IMG/VR virus record: IMGVR_UViG_3300024348_000008
Reading direction: 5' to 3' (one strand)
Origin: a virus
Length of the DNA stretch: 64,000 bases
Shown: piece by piece, positions 50,728 to 60,882 of the stretch
Layout of the letters: the number at the start of each line of letters is the position of its first letter
Numbering within the stretch: position 1 is the stretch's first letter
The notes under the pieces: generated by a model
What the model was told of the DNA's origin: nothing
The model's database searches: none
Seen by the model: only the letters and a program-made list of their open reading frames with translations
Translations under genes and position numbers: made by a program

Positions 50728-53259
50728 TTGAAATTTTATACTAATGTAAGCAGATATGGTAATATGCTTCTTTATCGTGGATATGATCATGGTAATGCAA
50801 TTAAGAAGCGAATTAAATATAAACCAACTCTTTTTGTAACAACTCCAAACGAATCAACGTGGACTTCCCTTGATGGTAAGGCCGTTGCACCTGTGCCTAT
50901 GGATTCTATGAGAGATGCTAAAGAATGGATACACACAAATAAACATGTCGCAGGTAGACAGATTTATGGTAATATTCGTCATCAATCTGCATTTATTCAA
51001 GATGAATTTCCTGGTGATATCAAATTCGATCGTAATGCAATTAATGTAACATCACTTGATATTGAAGTTGCATCTGATCAAGGTTTCCCAGAACCAGACG
51101 AAGCATTACACGAAATCACAGCCATAACAATTAAAAACAATAAAGATAATACATATTATGTGTGGGGTTGTGGAGATTATGACGTCACACGCTCTAATAT
51201 GAAAACACATAGAGTAGTTTATTATAAATGTGAATCAGAAGCAGCACTCTTAGTTGATTTTATTACGCATTGGTCTTCAGACGCACATTGTCCAGATGTA
51301 ATTACGGGTTGGAATTCAAGATTCTTTGATATACCATATATTGTTAATCGTACTATTCGCGTATTAGATGATAGTTGGGCAAAGAAGTTGTCGCCATGGG
51401 GATTAGTAGATGCTCGTGATGTAACAATCATGCAGCGAAAACAGACAGCATATGAAATTCAAGGTATTTCTCAAATGGATTATCTCGAATTATTCAAAAA
51501 GTTCGGCCATTCATATGGTCCACAAGAATCATATAAATTAGATCATATCGCAAATGTTGTTCTTGGTGAACGTAAGTTATCATATGAAGAACATAGTGGA
51601 TTATTTGATTTATACAAATTTGACTATCAAAAATTCATCGATTATAACATAAAAGACGTTGAATTAGTTGATCGTTTAGAAGATAAACTTGGTTTAATTA
51701 CTCTTGCAGTAACAATGGCCTATCGTGGTGGTGTAAACTATGGTGATACATTTGGTACAACTGCAATATGGGATTCTATTATATTTCGTAATCTTTACGA
51801 TAAAAATGTTATAGTTCCCTTTGCAGAAGATAAGATTAAATCTGCATATCCAGGAGGTTTTGTAAAAGATCCTATTGTTGGTATGCATAAAAACGTAGTT
51901 AGTTTTGACTTAAACTCTCTATATCCATCTATTATTATGCAATATAATATGTCACCAGAAACTATTATTGATGGTAATGTTTCTAGTATTGATGTCGATA
52001 AAATAATAGATGCAAAAGCAGCTGGTAGAACATTCTTAATCGATTGTCCAGGTGAAAGCGTTGCTGCAAATGGGCAACATTTTAATATAAATAAAAAGGG
52101 TATATTACCTACTATTATTGAAGGTATGTACAATGAACGTGTAAGCATAAAACGAGCTATGCTTAACGCTCAACAAGAATTACAACAGGTAAATAAAGAT
52201 GATAAACAAGAATTATATAGAATCGAAAGGGATATTGCAATATCTGAAAACCAACAAATGGCTATTAAGTTATTACTTAACAGTCTTTATGGTGCTCTCG
52301 GTAATCGTTATTTCCGATTCTTCGATCAACGTATCGCAGAAGCAATTACTCTCACCGGACAACTTACGATTAGATGGGCCGAATTATCGCTTAATGCCTA
52401 CTTACAATCTGTGCTTAAATCTAATGCCACCAAAGATTATGTCTTGGCCATCGACACCGATTCGGTGTATGTATGCCTAGATGATTTAGTACAAGCAGTT
52501 AATCCTTCTAATCCAATTGATTTCTTAGATAAAGTATGTCAAGATAAACTTGAACCGGTTCTTAAAGAATCGTATGCAGAATTATATGATCTCCTTGGTG
52601 GTATAGAAAATAAAATGGTTATGGCCCGAGAGGTTATTGCTGATGTTGGTATATGGACTGCCAAAAAACGTTACATTCTAAATGTATTTGATAATGAAGG
52701 AGTACGATATGCATCACCTAAACTTAAGATTATGGGTATTGAAGCTATTAAATCTTCTACCCCAGCACCTTGTCGCGAAGCACTAAAACAAATATTTAAA
52801 GTTATTGTTAGTGGTAATGAGAATAAAGTACAAGAATCGATATCACAATTTAAATCATATTTTAAATCTCTTCAACCACATGAGATTGCATTTCCTCGTG
52901 GAATAACTAAAATATCTGCATTTAAAGATAAAGAATTGATTTATAAGAAAGGTACTCCAATTCATGTACGAGGTGGATTATTATATAATAAAGAATTACA
53001 AGACAAATCTCTAACTCAAAAATATGAACGTATACAAAACGGTGAGAAGATTAAATTTATATATCTTCGCATCCCAAACCCAATTAAAGAAAATGTGATA
53101 TCATTTCCACAATATCTTCCCGAAGAATTTGGATTACACAAATATATCAATTACGAATTGCAATTCCAAAAAACGTTTTTGGATTCAATAGATCCGATAT
53201 TAGAGGCTATCGGATGGAACTCAAAGGAAATATCTACACTTGAAGATTTTTTCGCATAA
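50728..53259 (+). CDS. gp43: Family B DNA polymerase gp43
   Basis: DIE exonuclease motif, SFDLNSLYPSII, KLLLNSLYGALG, DTDS. Confidence 0.97.
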   Translation: MKFYTNVSRYGNMLLYRGYDHGNAIKKRIKYKPTLFVTTPNESTWTSLDGKAVAPVPMDSMRDAKEWIHTNKHVAGRQIYGNIRHQSAFIQDEFPGDIKFDRNAINVTSLDIEVASDQGFPEPDEALHEITAITIKNNKDNTYYVWGCGDYDVTRSNMKTHRVVYYKCESEAALLVDFITHWSSDAHCPDVITGWNSRFFDIPYIVNRTIRVLDDSWAKKLSPWGLVDARDVTIMQRKQTAYEIQGISQMDYLELFKKFGHSYGPQESYKLDHIANVVLGERKLSYEEHSGLFDLYKFDYQKFIDYNIKDVELVDRLEDKLGLITLAVTMAYRGGVNYGDTFGTTAIWDSIIFRNLYDKNVIVPFAEDKIKSAYPGGFVKDPIVGMHKNVVSFDLNSLYPSIIMQYNMSPETIIDGNVSSIDVDKIIDAKAAGRTFLIDCPGESVAANGQHFNINKKGILPTIIEGMYNERVSIKRAMLNAQQELQQVNKDDKQELYRIERDIAISENQQMAIKLLLNSLYGALGNRYFRFFDQRIAEAITLTGQLTIRWAELSLNAYLQSVLKSNATKDYVLAIDTDSVYVCLDDLVQAVNPSNPIDFLDKVCQDKLEPVLKESYAELYDLLGGIENKMVMAREVIADVGIWTAKKRYILNVFDNEGVRYASPKLKIMGIEAIKSSTPAPCREALKQIFKVIVSGNENKVQESISQFKSYFKSLQPHEIAFPRGITKISAFKDKELIYKKGTPIHVRGGLLYNKELQDKSLTQKYERIQNGEKIKFIYLRIPNPIKENVISFPQYLPEEFGLHKYINYELQFQKTFLDSIDPILEAIGWNSKEISTLEDFFA

Positions 53260-53262
53260 GCA

Positions 53263-53291
53263 TGTACAAATGCCTTAATATATGGTATAAT
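53263..53291 (+). promoter_or_regulatory. Early promoter
   Basis: TGTACA-N17-TATAAT. Confidence 0.8.
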
Positions 53292-53313
53292 ATACCCCTA
53301 ACTGGAAAAAAAG

Positions 53314-53604
53314 ATGAAAAATATAAAATTAATTAGATTAACAAGCGGTGAAGAAATACTCGCTACAATTATAGATGATACTGATGGAGACGTCAATTTT
53401 AAAGAACCCATTGCTTTATATGCCGTAGAAGAAGGCAAAATGGGATTTATGCAATGGATGCCTTACACGACAGTAAAAGACGGAGTAACTATTAGCAAAT
53501 CAAAAATAATGTTTATGGCCGATCCTGTTGATGATGTATTAAATCAATATAAAGAAGCAACAGGTGGAATTGTTGTACCACCAAAACAAGGACTTATAGT
53601 ATAA
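53314..53604 (+). CDS. Conserved hypothetical protein (possible Sm-like fold)
   Basis: IKLIRLTSGEEILA...WMPY...GGIVVP. Confidence 0.65.
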   Translation: MKNIKLIRLTSGEEILATIIDDTDGDVNFKEPIALYAVEEGKMGFMQWMPYTTVKDGVTISKSKIMFMADPVDDVLNQYKEATGGIVVPPKQGLIV

Positions 53605-54020
53605 TGAATGATAATGATTGGGTAAAAGACATCTCTAATATGCAATACAAGTATAAAACTAAACTTTGGATGTATGAGAATAGAAATAATCCAGAAGCTT
53701 TGGCTAAATACTTAGAATTTCGTATTAATTTTTTAAAAGAAGAATTAGATGAAACAACTACAGCAGTATTGAATAATGATGCAGAAGAAATAGTAGACGG
53801 TTTAATAGATCTATGTGTAGTAGCAATTGGAACGCTTGATGCGTTTGGAGTTGATGCTAATGAAGCATGGAATGAAGTTCTAAAAGCTAACTTAAGTAAA
53901 GAAGTTGGAATAAAGCCAGAAAGGCCAAATCCATTAAATCTTCCAGATCTTATTAAGCCAGAAGGCTGGGTAGCTCCGTCACATAAAGGTAATCATGGAA
54001 ATTTCCCTAACGATATTTGA
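53604..54020 (+). CDS. MazG-like all-alpha NTP pyrophosphohydrolase
   Basis: EELDE...EIVDGLID...ANLSK...KPEGW. Confidence 0.8.
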   Translation: MNDNDWVKDISNMQYKYKTKLWMYENRNNPEALAKYLEFRINFLKEELDETTTAVLNNDAEEIVDGLIDLCVVAIGTLDAFGVDANEAWNEVLKANLSKEVGIKPERPNPLNLPDLIKPEGWVAPSHKGNHGNFPNDI

Positions 54021-54915
54021 TTCAATATATGATAATAAAACGGATAAAAGAATGGACTATCCGTCATTCGATGAATTTGAAAAGGTCCTTTATAGACTTG
54101 CCGAGTCCAATAAATACCCTACTAAGTCTGAAGCACCTCTTATTAGTCCTGCTACATATTTGCCTAATACAACTCGTGCTAATAATAATGTGGTTGCTTG
54201 GGGCGGCTTTGGTATTGTTGATGTCGATGACTATATCGGCGATATAAAAGAAATTGAATCAATATATGCAAAATATAAATACATATGCTATTCAACGGCA
54301 AGCTCTAGAGTAGAGCATCCTAAATTTAGATTAGTATTTCCTCTTACTCGATGGATAGATAAAGAAGAAATTAAACATTTTTGGTTTGCTTTAAATAAAG
54401 AAATAGGCGATATTGCAGATGCGCAAACTAAAGATTTAAGTCGCATGTATTATATTCCTAATCAATATAAAGATAGTTTTAATTTTATTTTTACACATGA
54501 TGGTGATATAATGGATCCATCAGAATTAATGTCTAAACATACGTATATAGAACCAAATAGAGGTATGTTTGCAAAATTTCCAAAAGCAATTCAAGAAGCT
54601 ATTATAAAAGATAGAAAGTCAAAATTAACAAATACAAATTTTACATGGACAGGATATTCTGATTGTCCATTTGTTAATCAAAAGAAAGTAGAAGAATATA
54701 AAAGAACAACAGAAGGTGGTTGGTATTATGGAATGTACCAAATAATGGTTTCAATTGCTGGAAATGCAACATCTCGTGGTTATCCAATAACTGCAAAAGA
54801 AATCGAATATATAATTCGCGATTTAGATAGCGAAACCGGAAATTGGTATGTAAAACGACCAATAGAAAAAGAAGCAGAACGTGCAATCGAATTTGTGTTT
54901 GCAAACAATAGGTAA
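53995..54915 (+). CDS. Archaeo-eukaryotic primase (AEP/PrimPol)-like protein
   Basis: IVDVDD, YSTASS..PKFRLVFPL, DxxTKDLSRMYYIP; helical C-terminal domain. Confidence 0.65.
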   Translation: MEISLTIFDSIYDNKTDKRMDYPSFDEFEKVLYRLAESNKYPTKSEAPLISPATYLPNTTRANNNVVAWGGFGIVDVDDYIGDIKEIESIYAKYKYICYSTASSRVEHPKFRLVFPLTRWIDKEEIKHFWFALNKEIGDIADAQTKDLSRMYYIPNQYKDSFNFIFTHDGDIMDPSELMSKHTYIEPNRGMFAKFPKAIQEAIIKDRKSKLTNTNFTWTGYSDCPFVNQKKVEEYKRTTEGGWYYGMYQIMVSIAGNATSRGYPITAKEIEYIIRDLDSETGNWYVKRPIEKEAERAIEFVFANNR

Positions 54916-54923
54916 AGTAAAAA

Positions 54924-55430
54924 ATGAAAAAATTTAGAACACTTCATATATGTGTTATGTTAATAATATTTATAGGACTATTAACAATAACCCAAAAGGC
55001 TAATGCAATTGATGTAAACGATGAACTTTATTGTTTAGCTCAAAATATATATTTTGAATCAGGTAATCAACCAAAGGTTGGAAAAGTTGCAGTAGCAAAT
55101 ACAACTATGAATAGAGTAGCCAATTTATCATATCCAAATACTATTTGTAAAGTAGTTTATCAAGCAAAAATGAAAGAAAACTGGAAAGGAAATTTAGTTC
55201 CAATCAGACACATGTGTCAATTCAGTTGGTATTGTGATGGTAAATCAGATATGCCTACAGATTCTGCAACATGGATGGAATCCATTGATATTGCAAGACT
55301 TACTATACAAGGAGTGTTTTTTGATGTAACTGAAGGCGCAACACATTATCATAATCATTATGTCTATCCATATTGGGCAGAACACTTAAATGAAACAGTA
55401 GTAATTAACGATCATACCTTCTATAAATAG
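54924..55430 (+). CDS. SleB-like cell wall hydrolase (Hydrolase_2) with an N-terminal signal or TM segment
   Basis: CLAQNIYFES, NRV, CQFSWYCDG, GATHYH, HTFY. Confidence 0.9.
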   Translation: MKKFRTLHICVMLIIFIGLLTITQKANAIDVNDELYCLAQNIYFESGNQPKVGKVAVANTTMNRVANLSYPNTICKVVYQAKMKENWKGNLVPIRHMCQFSWYCDGKSDMPTDSATWMESIDIARLTIQGVFFDVTEGATHYHNHYVYPYWAEHLNETVVINDHTFYK

Positions 55431-55437
55431 CATTTCT

Positions 55438-55445
55438 TATAAATA
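55438..55445 (+). promoter_or_regulatory. Late promoter
   Basis: TATAAATA upstream of the nuclease gene. Confidence 0.65.
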
Positions 55446-55477
55446 GTACTTTAATCAGATAATCATGGGAGATTATT

Positions 55478-56044
55478 ATGTATGAGTACAGAGTAAAAAT
55501 AGAACGCGTTATAGACGGAGATACGGTTGATGTGGATATCGATTTAGGTTTTGGAGTTCAATTAAATGATGAAAGAGTTAGAATAATGGGAATAGATACA
55601 CCTGAAAGTAGAACTTCAGATAAAGTTGAGAAAGTATTTGGTAAAGCAGCTAAAGCTGCATTAATAGACATGTTAGGAGAAACTGCAATATTAAAAACTC
55701 AAATCAATAAAAGTGGTGAAGACATGAAGGGAAAGTTTGGAAGAATCCTTGGTGACTTTGATGTTGAACATAAAGGTGTAAAGAAGACTGTAACAGCAGC
55801 TTTAATCGAAGATGGCCACGCAGTACTGTATTATGGCGGTTCTAAAGAAGATACCCAAGCAGCACATTTAGTTAATCGTAAAAGATTAATTGATGAAGGT
55901 TTGGTTAACATGTCATATGAAGAAGCTGGAATTGTATGTTTATGCGAAGATTGTCAATGCGATCCTTGTAATTGTAATACAATTGATGTTCAAATGAACG
56001 AAGCACACGATCAATTAGAAGCAGAAGAAGTTGAAAATATTTAA
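55478..56044 (+). CDS. Staphylococcal nuclease-like (thermonuclease) protein with a Cys-rich tail
   Basis: RVIDGDT, RIMGIDTPE, KFGRILG. Confidence 0.85.
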   Translation: MYEYRVKIERVIDGDTVDVDIDLGFGVQLNDERVRIMGIDTPESRTSDKVEKVFGKAAKAALIDMLGETAILKTQINKSGEDMKGKFGRILGDFDVEHKGVKKTVTAALIEDGHAVLYYGGSKEDTQAAHLVNRKRLIDEGLVNMSYEEAGIVCLCEDCQCDPCNCNTIDVQMNEAHDQLEAEEVENI

Positions 56045-56063
56045 CAATAAGTGAAAAAAAGGG

Positions 56064-56092
56064 TGTACAAACACCTAAAACTATGGTATAAT
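56064..56092 (+). promoter_or_regulatory. Early promoter for the DNA-modification operon
   Basis: TGTACA-N17-TATAAT with an upstream GTGAAAAAAA tract. Confidence 0.8.
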
Positions 56093-56121
56093 ATACCTAT
56101 ATTAAATAATGGAAATACATA

Positions 56122-56499
56122 ATGAGAGAATCAGTTAAAGTCTTGCAAGAATGCATAGATTTACAAACTCAAAAAGCGAATGATTATCAGAATCCAAATT
56201 CTAAAGTAAAACAAGCAGATTATTACCCAAATGGTGTAATGACTTTGCTTGATATTAATCATGCAAAAATGCTTAGAATGCAATCAGTAGTTGCAGCAAT
56301 GCAACACGATCCCGAATATAAACCAAATTTTGAATCTATAGAAGATTCTGCTAAAGATATGATTAATTATTGTAGTTTTATAGTTTCTTATTGTCGAGGT
56401 AAGATGGAAGGTCAAGATCCAAATAATGATTTTTTAAATAGACCAATGATTCCACTACTCATGACTGTGGAAGAGGTATTAAATAATGATAACGATTGA
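56122..56499 (+). CDS. Nucleotide-modification-associated domain protein (Nmad1/DUF1599-like)
   Basis: KANDY...KMLR...ESIEDSAKDMINY pattern. Confidence 0.6.
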   Translation: MRESVKVLQECIDLQTQKANDYQNPNSKVKQADYYPNGVMTLLDINHAKMLRMQSVVAAMQHDPEYKPNFESIEDSAKDMINYCSFIVSYCRGKMEGQDPNNDFLNRPMIPLLMTVEEVLNNDND

Positions 56500-57166
56500 A
56501 GCCGTAAGAAAGTATTTTAGATACCAATTAGATAATGGAATCTATACTACTGATAGAAATGGTGGTAAAACAATGGAAATGCTCGGCGCAGCATTTTTAG
56601 CAGATGAACCATCAATATTTGGTAAACCTAATAAAGAATATATCGATGCAGAAATAGAATGGTATATTTCACAATCAACAAATATTACTGACATTTATCC
56701 AGATGGTGATAAAGAACCACCTAAAGCGTGGCAAATGACTGCGAATGTTCATGGTGAAGTCAATTCAAATTATGGTAGACTTATTTGGGGTGATGAATAT
56801 GGTAATCAAAGAGAAATGGTTTGTCAAGAATTATTAGATAATAGAGATTCTCGTAGAGCATCGATGATTTATACTCGACCATCTATATGGAAAGAATATA
56901 ATTCCCAAGGCAAAAATGATTTTATATGTACAAATTCAGTAACATATTATATTAGAAATAATAAACTCCATTGTGTAGTTCAAATGAGATCTAATGATGT
57001 AGTATTTGGTTATAAGAATGATTATGCATGGCAAAAATGGGTTTTAGAAGATATGTGCTCGTCATTAAAAGTATTAAGATATAAAGAACTAAAGGTTGGT
57101 GATATACATTGGCAAGTACAAAATTTACATGTATATGAACAACATTTTAATTTGGTGAAAAGATGA
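56486..57166 (+). CDS. gp42: dCMP hydroxymethylase (thymidylate synthase superfamily, T4 gp42 type)
   Basis: DFICTN and MRSNDVVFGYKNDYAWQ (T4 gp42: MRSNDVVFGFRNDYAWQ). Asp occupies the dCMP-specificity position. Confidence 0.85.
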   Translation: MITIEAVRKYFRYQLDNGIYTTDRNGGKTMEMLGAAFLADEPSIFGKPNKEYIDAEIEWYISQSTNITDIYPDGDKEPPKAWQMTANVHGEVNSNYGRLIWGDEYGNQREMVCQELLDNRDSRRASMIYTRPSIWKEYNSQGKNDFICTNSVTYYIRNNKLHCVVQMRSNDVVFGYKNDYAWQKWVLEDMCSSLKVLRYKELKVGDIHWQVQNLHVYEQHFNLVKR

Positions 57167-57627
57167 AAACAAGTTTTAAATGGGACGAAAGATATTTACA
57201 ACTAGCTAAACAAGTGGCTACTTGGAGTAAAGATCCAAGCACACAAGTTGGTGCTGTTGCTGTCGGTGATAAAGGTCAAGTTTTATCTCAAGGATATAAT
57301 GGATTTCCACGTGGAATAAAAGATAATGAGAGATATAACGATAAAGATTTAAAATACAGATACGTAGTACATGCAGAAATGAATTGTATATACAATGCAA
57401 CATTTCATGGAACTTCTTTAAATGGAGCTACGCTTTATGTACATGGATTACCGATGTGTAATGAATGTGCAAAAGCAATAATTCAAGTAGGAATAGTAAG
57501 AGTAGTTTCTCCATATAATGGAAATACAGATGTACCAGAAAAGTGGAAAATATCTTGTGCACATACACAACTTATATTAAAAGAAGTAAATATTCCATAT
57601 CAATTCATAAAGATGAATAAACAATGA
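57163..57627 (+). CDS. cd: dCMP deaminase
   Basis: SKDPSTQVGA, GYNGFPRG, HAEMN, PMCNEC. Confidence 0.9.
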   Translation: MKTSFKWDERYLQLAKQVATWSKDPSTQVGAVAVGDKGQVLSQGYNGFPRGIKDNERYNDKDLKYRYVVHAEMNCIYNATFHGTSLNGATLYVHGLPMCNECAKAIIQVGIVRVVSPYNGNTDVPEKWKISCAHTQLILKEVNIPYQFIKMNKQ

Positions 57628-57914
57628 CACAAAAATTTGACAAAAAAGAATTAGAAAATTCAAAAAGAATATTTAAATCAACAACACCAAGATATACAAT
57701 AGATTGGTATATTAAATGGGTTGCTTCGGCGTTTATATTAGCCGCAATGTCAATTAGAGGTGTAGAAGGATTTGTATTTTATGATGTATCTTTATCAATA
57801 ATTGGAATATTTTTATGGACTATAGTTAGTGTAATGTGGAATGATAGAGCTTTAATTATGTTGAATGCTGTAGGTCTTGCCTTTTTACTTTCTAGCTTTA
57901 TAAAATTATTATGA
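57624..57914 (+). CDS. Small membrane protein
   Basis: About three hydrophobic segments after WYIKW. Confidence 0.65.
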   Translation: MTQKFDKKELENSKRIFKSTTPRYTIDWYIKWVASAFILAAMSIRGVEGFVFYDVSLSIIGIFLWTIVSVMWNDRALIMLNAVGLAFLLSSFIKLL

Positions 57915-59068
57915 TAAAAACTCGATATTATGATGATTTTATAAGATACTTTTATTTAGCAAAAGATCAACAAGAAAAATGCAATGTTCCAAATTTTATG
58001 CCACATCTAAAAAGTGGTATGAACGATGATCTAATGGAAAACGTTGAACTCTACGATGTTGTAGAACGTAAGTATGCAGGATTTTCTCAAATCATTAATG
58101 ATTGCTTTTATGGTTGGACAGATCAACACCCATATTGGTCCCGTATGCAAGCAGGAAAAGCTACTTCGCAAAGAGAATTAGTAGCTAATAATTGGACAGG
58201 AAAAAAATTCGATTTAGACACATGGTTGTTTTTGTTTATATTGCACAGAGTTACAGGAAGTGCAATTAATTACGCAACTAAACCTTCTGGTTATCATAAT
58301 ACAATATTATTTAAGTTTCATTTAGCAGAAAATATAGACGACATGAAGAAGATTATAAAAGCTGAAGGTAAAATGGGTAAACCGTTTTATACATCAGTTG
58401 GTTATCAATTTCCTGCATTTCCAAAACCTACAAAAGAATATAAAAAAGGCGGAGATTATTTTCTTTGTGAATATGTACCTAAACTTGCATACGAATTAGC
58501 AAGATTTTTAGAAACCCATGGAAGAAAAGATTTAAGAGAAATCGGTGATTTTATGTTAAATTGGAATGTTGAAAACGGATTACGAAGATATGTATTTCAA
58601 TATGCAGCAGTTGTTGCAGATATTGCCGATTGGTTTCCAGGATTTGTGAATCGTGAAAGCGCATTTTATTATGGTACAAATGCAGTAGAATGTATTTCAT
58701 ATCTCGGTGAAAATAATAATAAATTAAAGAAAGAAGAGTTTTTAGATGAAGTAATGATGCAAATATATGAAGATACAGGAAGTGTTCCATATAACGCAGA
58801 AGACGTATGTTGTGATTATATACGATGGGTTGAGAATTATGTTCGACCTGGTGCAGATTATTCTCATCTCGATTATGATCAGATTTGGTCAAGTAGTTAT
58901 ATTAAAGATCATCCGAGAGGAAGACAAAAAGCAATGTTAGATTTAGGATTAGTAGAAACATTTAATGGAATGACTGCTCACCCTTCGGATCTGAAAGTTT
59001 TAAATGATAATAATATTGGTATTGAAGAATATCAAGCAATGGTGAAATCATATGGCTCTGTTTCCTAA
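57911..59068 (+). CDS. aGPT-Pplase-like (HhH DNA-glycosylase fold) DNA-modification protein, paralogue 1
   Basis: YDVVERKY, FQYAAVVADIA..VNRES..YGTNA and NAEDVCCDYIRW, recalled as resembling the aGPT-Pplase1 pattern; operon context. Confidence 0.5.
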   Translation: MIKTRYYDDFIRYFYLAKDQQEKCNVPNFMPHLKSGMNDDLMENVELYDVVERKYAGFSQIINDCFYGWTDQHPYWSRMQAGKATSQRELVANNWTGKKFDLDTWLFLFILHRVTGSAINYATKPSGYHNTILFKFHLAENIDDMKKIIKAEGKMGKPFYTSVGYQFPAFPKPTKEYKKGGDYFLCEYVPKLAYELARFLETHGRKDLREIGDFMLNWNVENGLRRYVFQYAAVVADIADWFPGFVNRESAFYYGTNAVECISYLGENNNKLKKEEFLDEVMMQIYEDTGSVPYNAEDVCCDYIRWVENYVRPGADYSHLDYDQIWSSSYIKDHPRGRQKAMLDLGLVETFNGMTAHPSDLKVLNDNNIGIEEYQAMVKSYGSVS

Positions 59069-60017
59069 CGAACATAATATAATATATCCAAACACATCTG
59101 AGGTTCCTATGAAGAAAGGTAAACCTACAGATACGTGGATGCAAGAATATACACTTGATGAACGAAAATCAAAGTTCTTTGAGTTTTGTGAAAAGTTTGA
59201 TCAAAGAAAGGATGATCTACTTAGAGATGATTTTCAAATATTTTCACATAGACTACATTGGGATGAACACCCATATGTAGAATTTTTACAGAATGAAGGA
59301 AGTAAAATAAAGTTAAGAAATTTCGAAAAGATTTGGTATACAATTGTTTTCTCGTTTTCAAATGAACATTGGGGAACATTTAAGGCAGTATATACCGGTG
59401 GCCAAAGCGGTCTAAAAACGCGCTTTGAAAAACATAGACATGCAAGATCTGATTTATTTCAAATATATTATCCAAAAGGAACAAAAGTTGCTCAATGGTT
59501 AATCGATGCACCTCTTAAATGTGCACACAAAATGCATAAAGTTTTAGACGAAAGACAAAAACCATGGACTATGATGGAACTTGCAAAAACGTTTGAAGCA
59601 TATTTTAAAGAAGAAGGTTTTAGATCTCCATTGTACCCATGTAAGAATTTCGCAAGATACATGGCTATGACATGGCCACATCAAGTTGATCCTGAATCTG
59701 TATTATTTGGAGGAACAGGTCATTTTGATGGAATGCAACAAATATTTGGTGGTAAAAACCTAAACGGTAAAGTGAAATATGATATCGTAGATGGTAAATT
59801 TATACCTCAAAATGAAGCAGCAGAATTATGGATGGAGCAAATGCAAGAATTGGTTGAAGATCCTAGAAATCCTATGACAAAACAAAAATTATTAAATATC
59901 GAAGATAAAACATGTTTCTTTTATAAGCATATGGCCATATCCCATGGAGCCAAAAGACCAACAAAGAGAATTCCACGAGATTGGATTTTCCCTAAGGAGT
60001 TTAAGCTTGAGTCATAA
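59052..60017 (+). CDS. aGPT-Pplase-like DNA-modification protein, paralogue 2
   Basis: VDPES..GGTGHFDG and NIEDKTCFFYKH align by eye with paralogue 1. Confidence 0.5.
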   Translation: MALFPNEHNIIYPNTSEVPMKKGKPTDTWMQEYTLDERKSKFFEFCEKFDQRKDDLLRDDFQIFSHRLHWDEHPYVEFLQNEGSKIKLRNFEKIWYTIVFSFSNEHWGTFKAVYTGGQSGLKTRFEKHRHARSDLFQIYYPKGTKVAQWLIDAPLKCAHKMHKVLDERQKPWTMMELAKTFEAYFKEEGFRSPLYPCKNFARYMAMTWPHQVDPESVLFGGTGHFDGMQQIFGGKNLNGKVKYDIVDGKFIPQNEAAELWMEQMQELVEDPRNPMTKQKLLNIEDKTCFFYKHMAISHGAKRPTKRIPRDWIFPKEFKLES

Positions 60018-60882
60018 TAAACACATTGAAGATGGGTTTAATAAAGATCGTGGCATGATGTTACCAAATCAAGCTATTGAGTATTATATGGATTTAGCAA
60101 ATGGTTGGGAAGATCCAAATCCACCAATCGTTGAAACAATTCATGAAGGTATTCGAGTAGTACGAGATGATTTAATAACAGGTTCAAAACAAAGAGCTGC
60201 AGATTTATTAATGTCAACAATCAAAGAAGATACAGTTGCTTATGTACAACCAAGAACTGGTCTAGCTGGAGTTTGTATCTTGCAAGCAGCTAAAAGGTAT
60301 AATAAGAAAGTACGTTTATATATGCCTTCTAGCAAGAGAATATCACACCATCAAGCGTGTTGTATTGAACAAGGAGCTGAAATAAGCTTCCATCGCATAG
60401 CTGCAATGCCAAATCTTAACAAAATCGCTGCCGAGGACGCCAAAAAGAATGGATTTTACTTTATTCCTCTTGGTTTGAAGCACAAATTAGTCACTGCAGG
60501 CTTCGTAAAGATAGCGCGCTCCCTCGTGCACCCAACAGAAGTTTATACAGTTATATCAACGGGAGTTCTCTCTCGTGCACTCCAGATCGCTTGGCCCATG
60601 GCAAAATTTACTGCGGTTGCAGTTGCAAGAAATATGAAAGCAGGTGAGAGTGGTAGAGCAGAATTAATTAGTGCACCAGAACCATTCACAAAAAATATTA
60701 AAAAAGAAGAAATGCCACCATTTCCAAGTATAGGAACATATGATGCAAAAGCATGGAGATATATACCTAAGAATACTGGAAGAAATATCTTATTTTGGAA
60801 TGTTGGTTCTGAACCGATATTACAAGATGAAACATTATATAACACAGTTGATAGCTACAGAGATTGGGATAAAAATTTATGA
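60007..60882 (+). CDS. PLP-dependent enzyme, fold type II
   Basis: RVVRDDLITGSKQR (cf. KRDDL..GxKxR), ISTGV, YDAKAW, LFWNVG. Start set at TTG 60007 after AAGGAG. Confidence 0.75.
   Translation: MSHNKHIEDGFNKDRGMMLPNQAIEYYMDLANGWEDPNPPIVETIHEGIRVVRDDLITGSKQRAADLLMSTIKEDTVAYVQPRTGLAGVCILQAAKRYNKKVRLYMPSSKRISHHQACCIEQGAEISFHRIAAMPNLNKIAAEDAKKNGFYFIPLGLKHKLVTAGFVKIARSLVHPTEVYTVISTGVLSRALQIAWPMAKFTAVAVARNMKAGESGRAELISAPEPFTKNIKKEEMPPFPSIGTYDAKAWRYIPKNTGRNILFWNVGSEPILQDETLYNTVDSYRDWDKNL

Noticed and set aside
25790-53259. Introns, inteins or homing endonucleases in gp17, gp20, gp23, gp46 and gp43
   Set aside because: All are uninterrupted and of ordinary length; no such motifs seen.
56486-57166. 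Ordinary thymidylate synthase
   Set aside because: It has the gp42-type DFxCTN and ND(Y)AWQ motifs with Asp, not the PCH and PFN motifs of ThyA.
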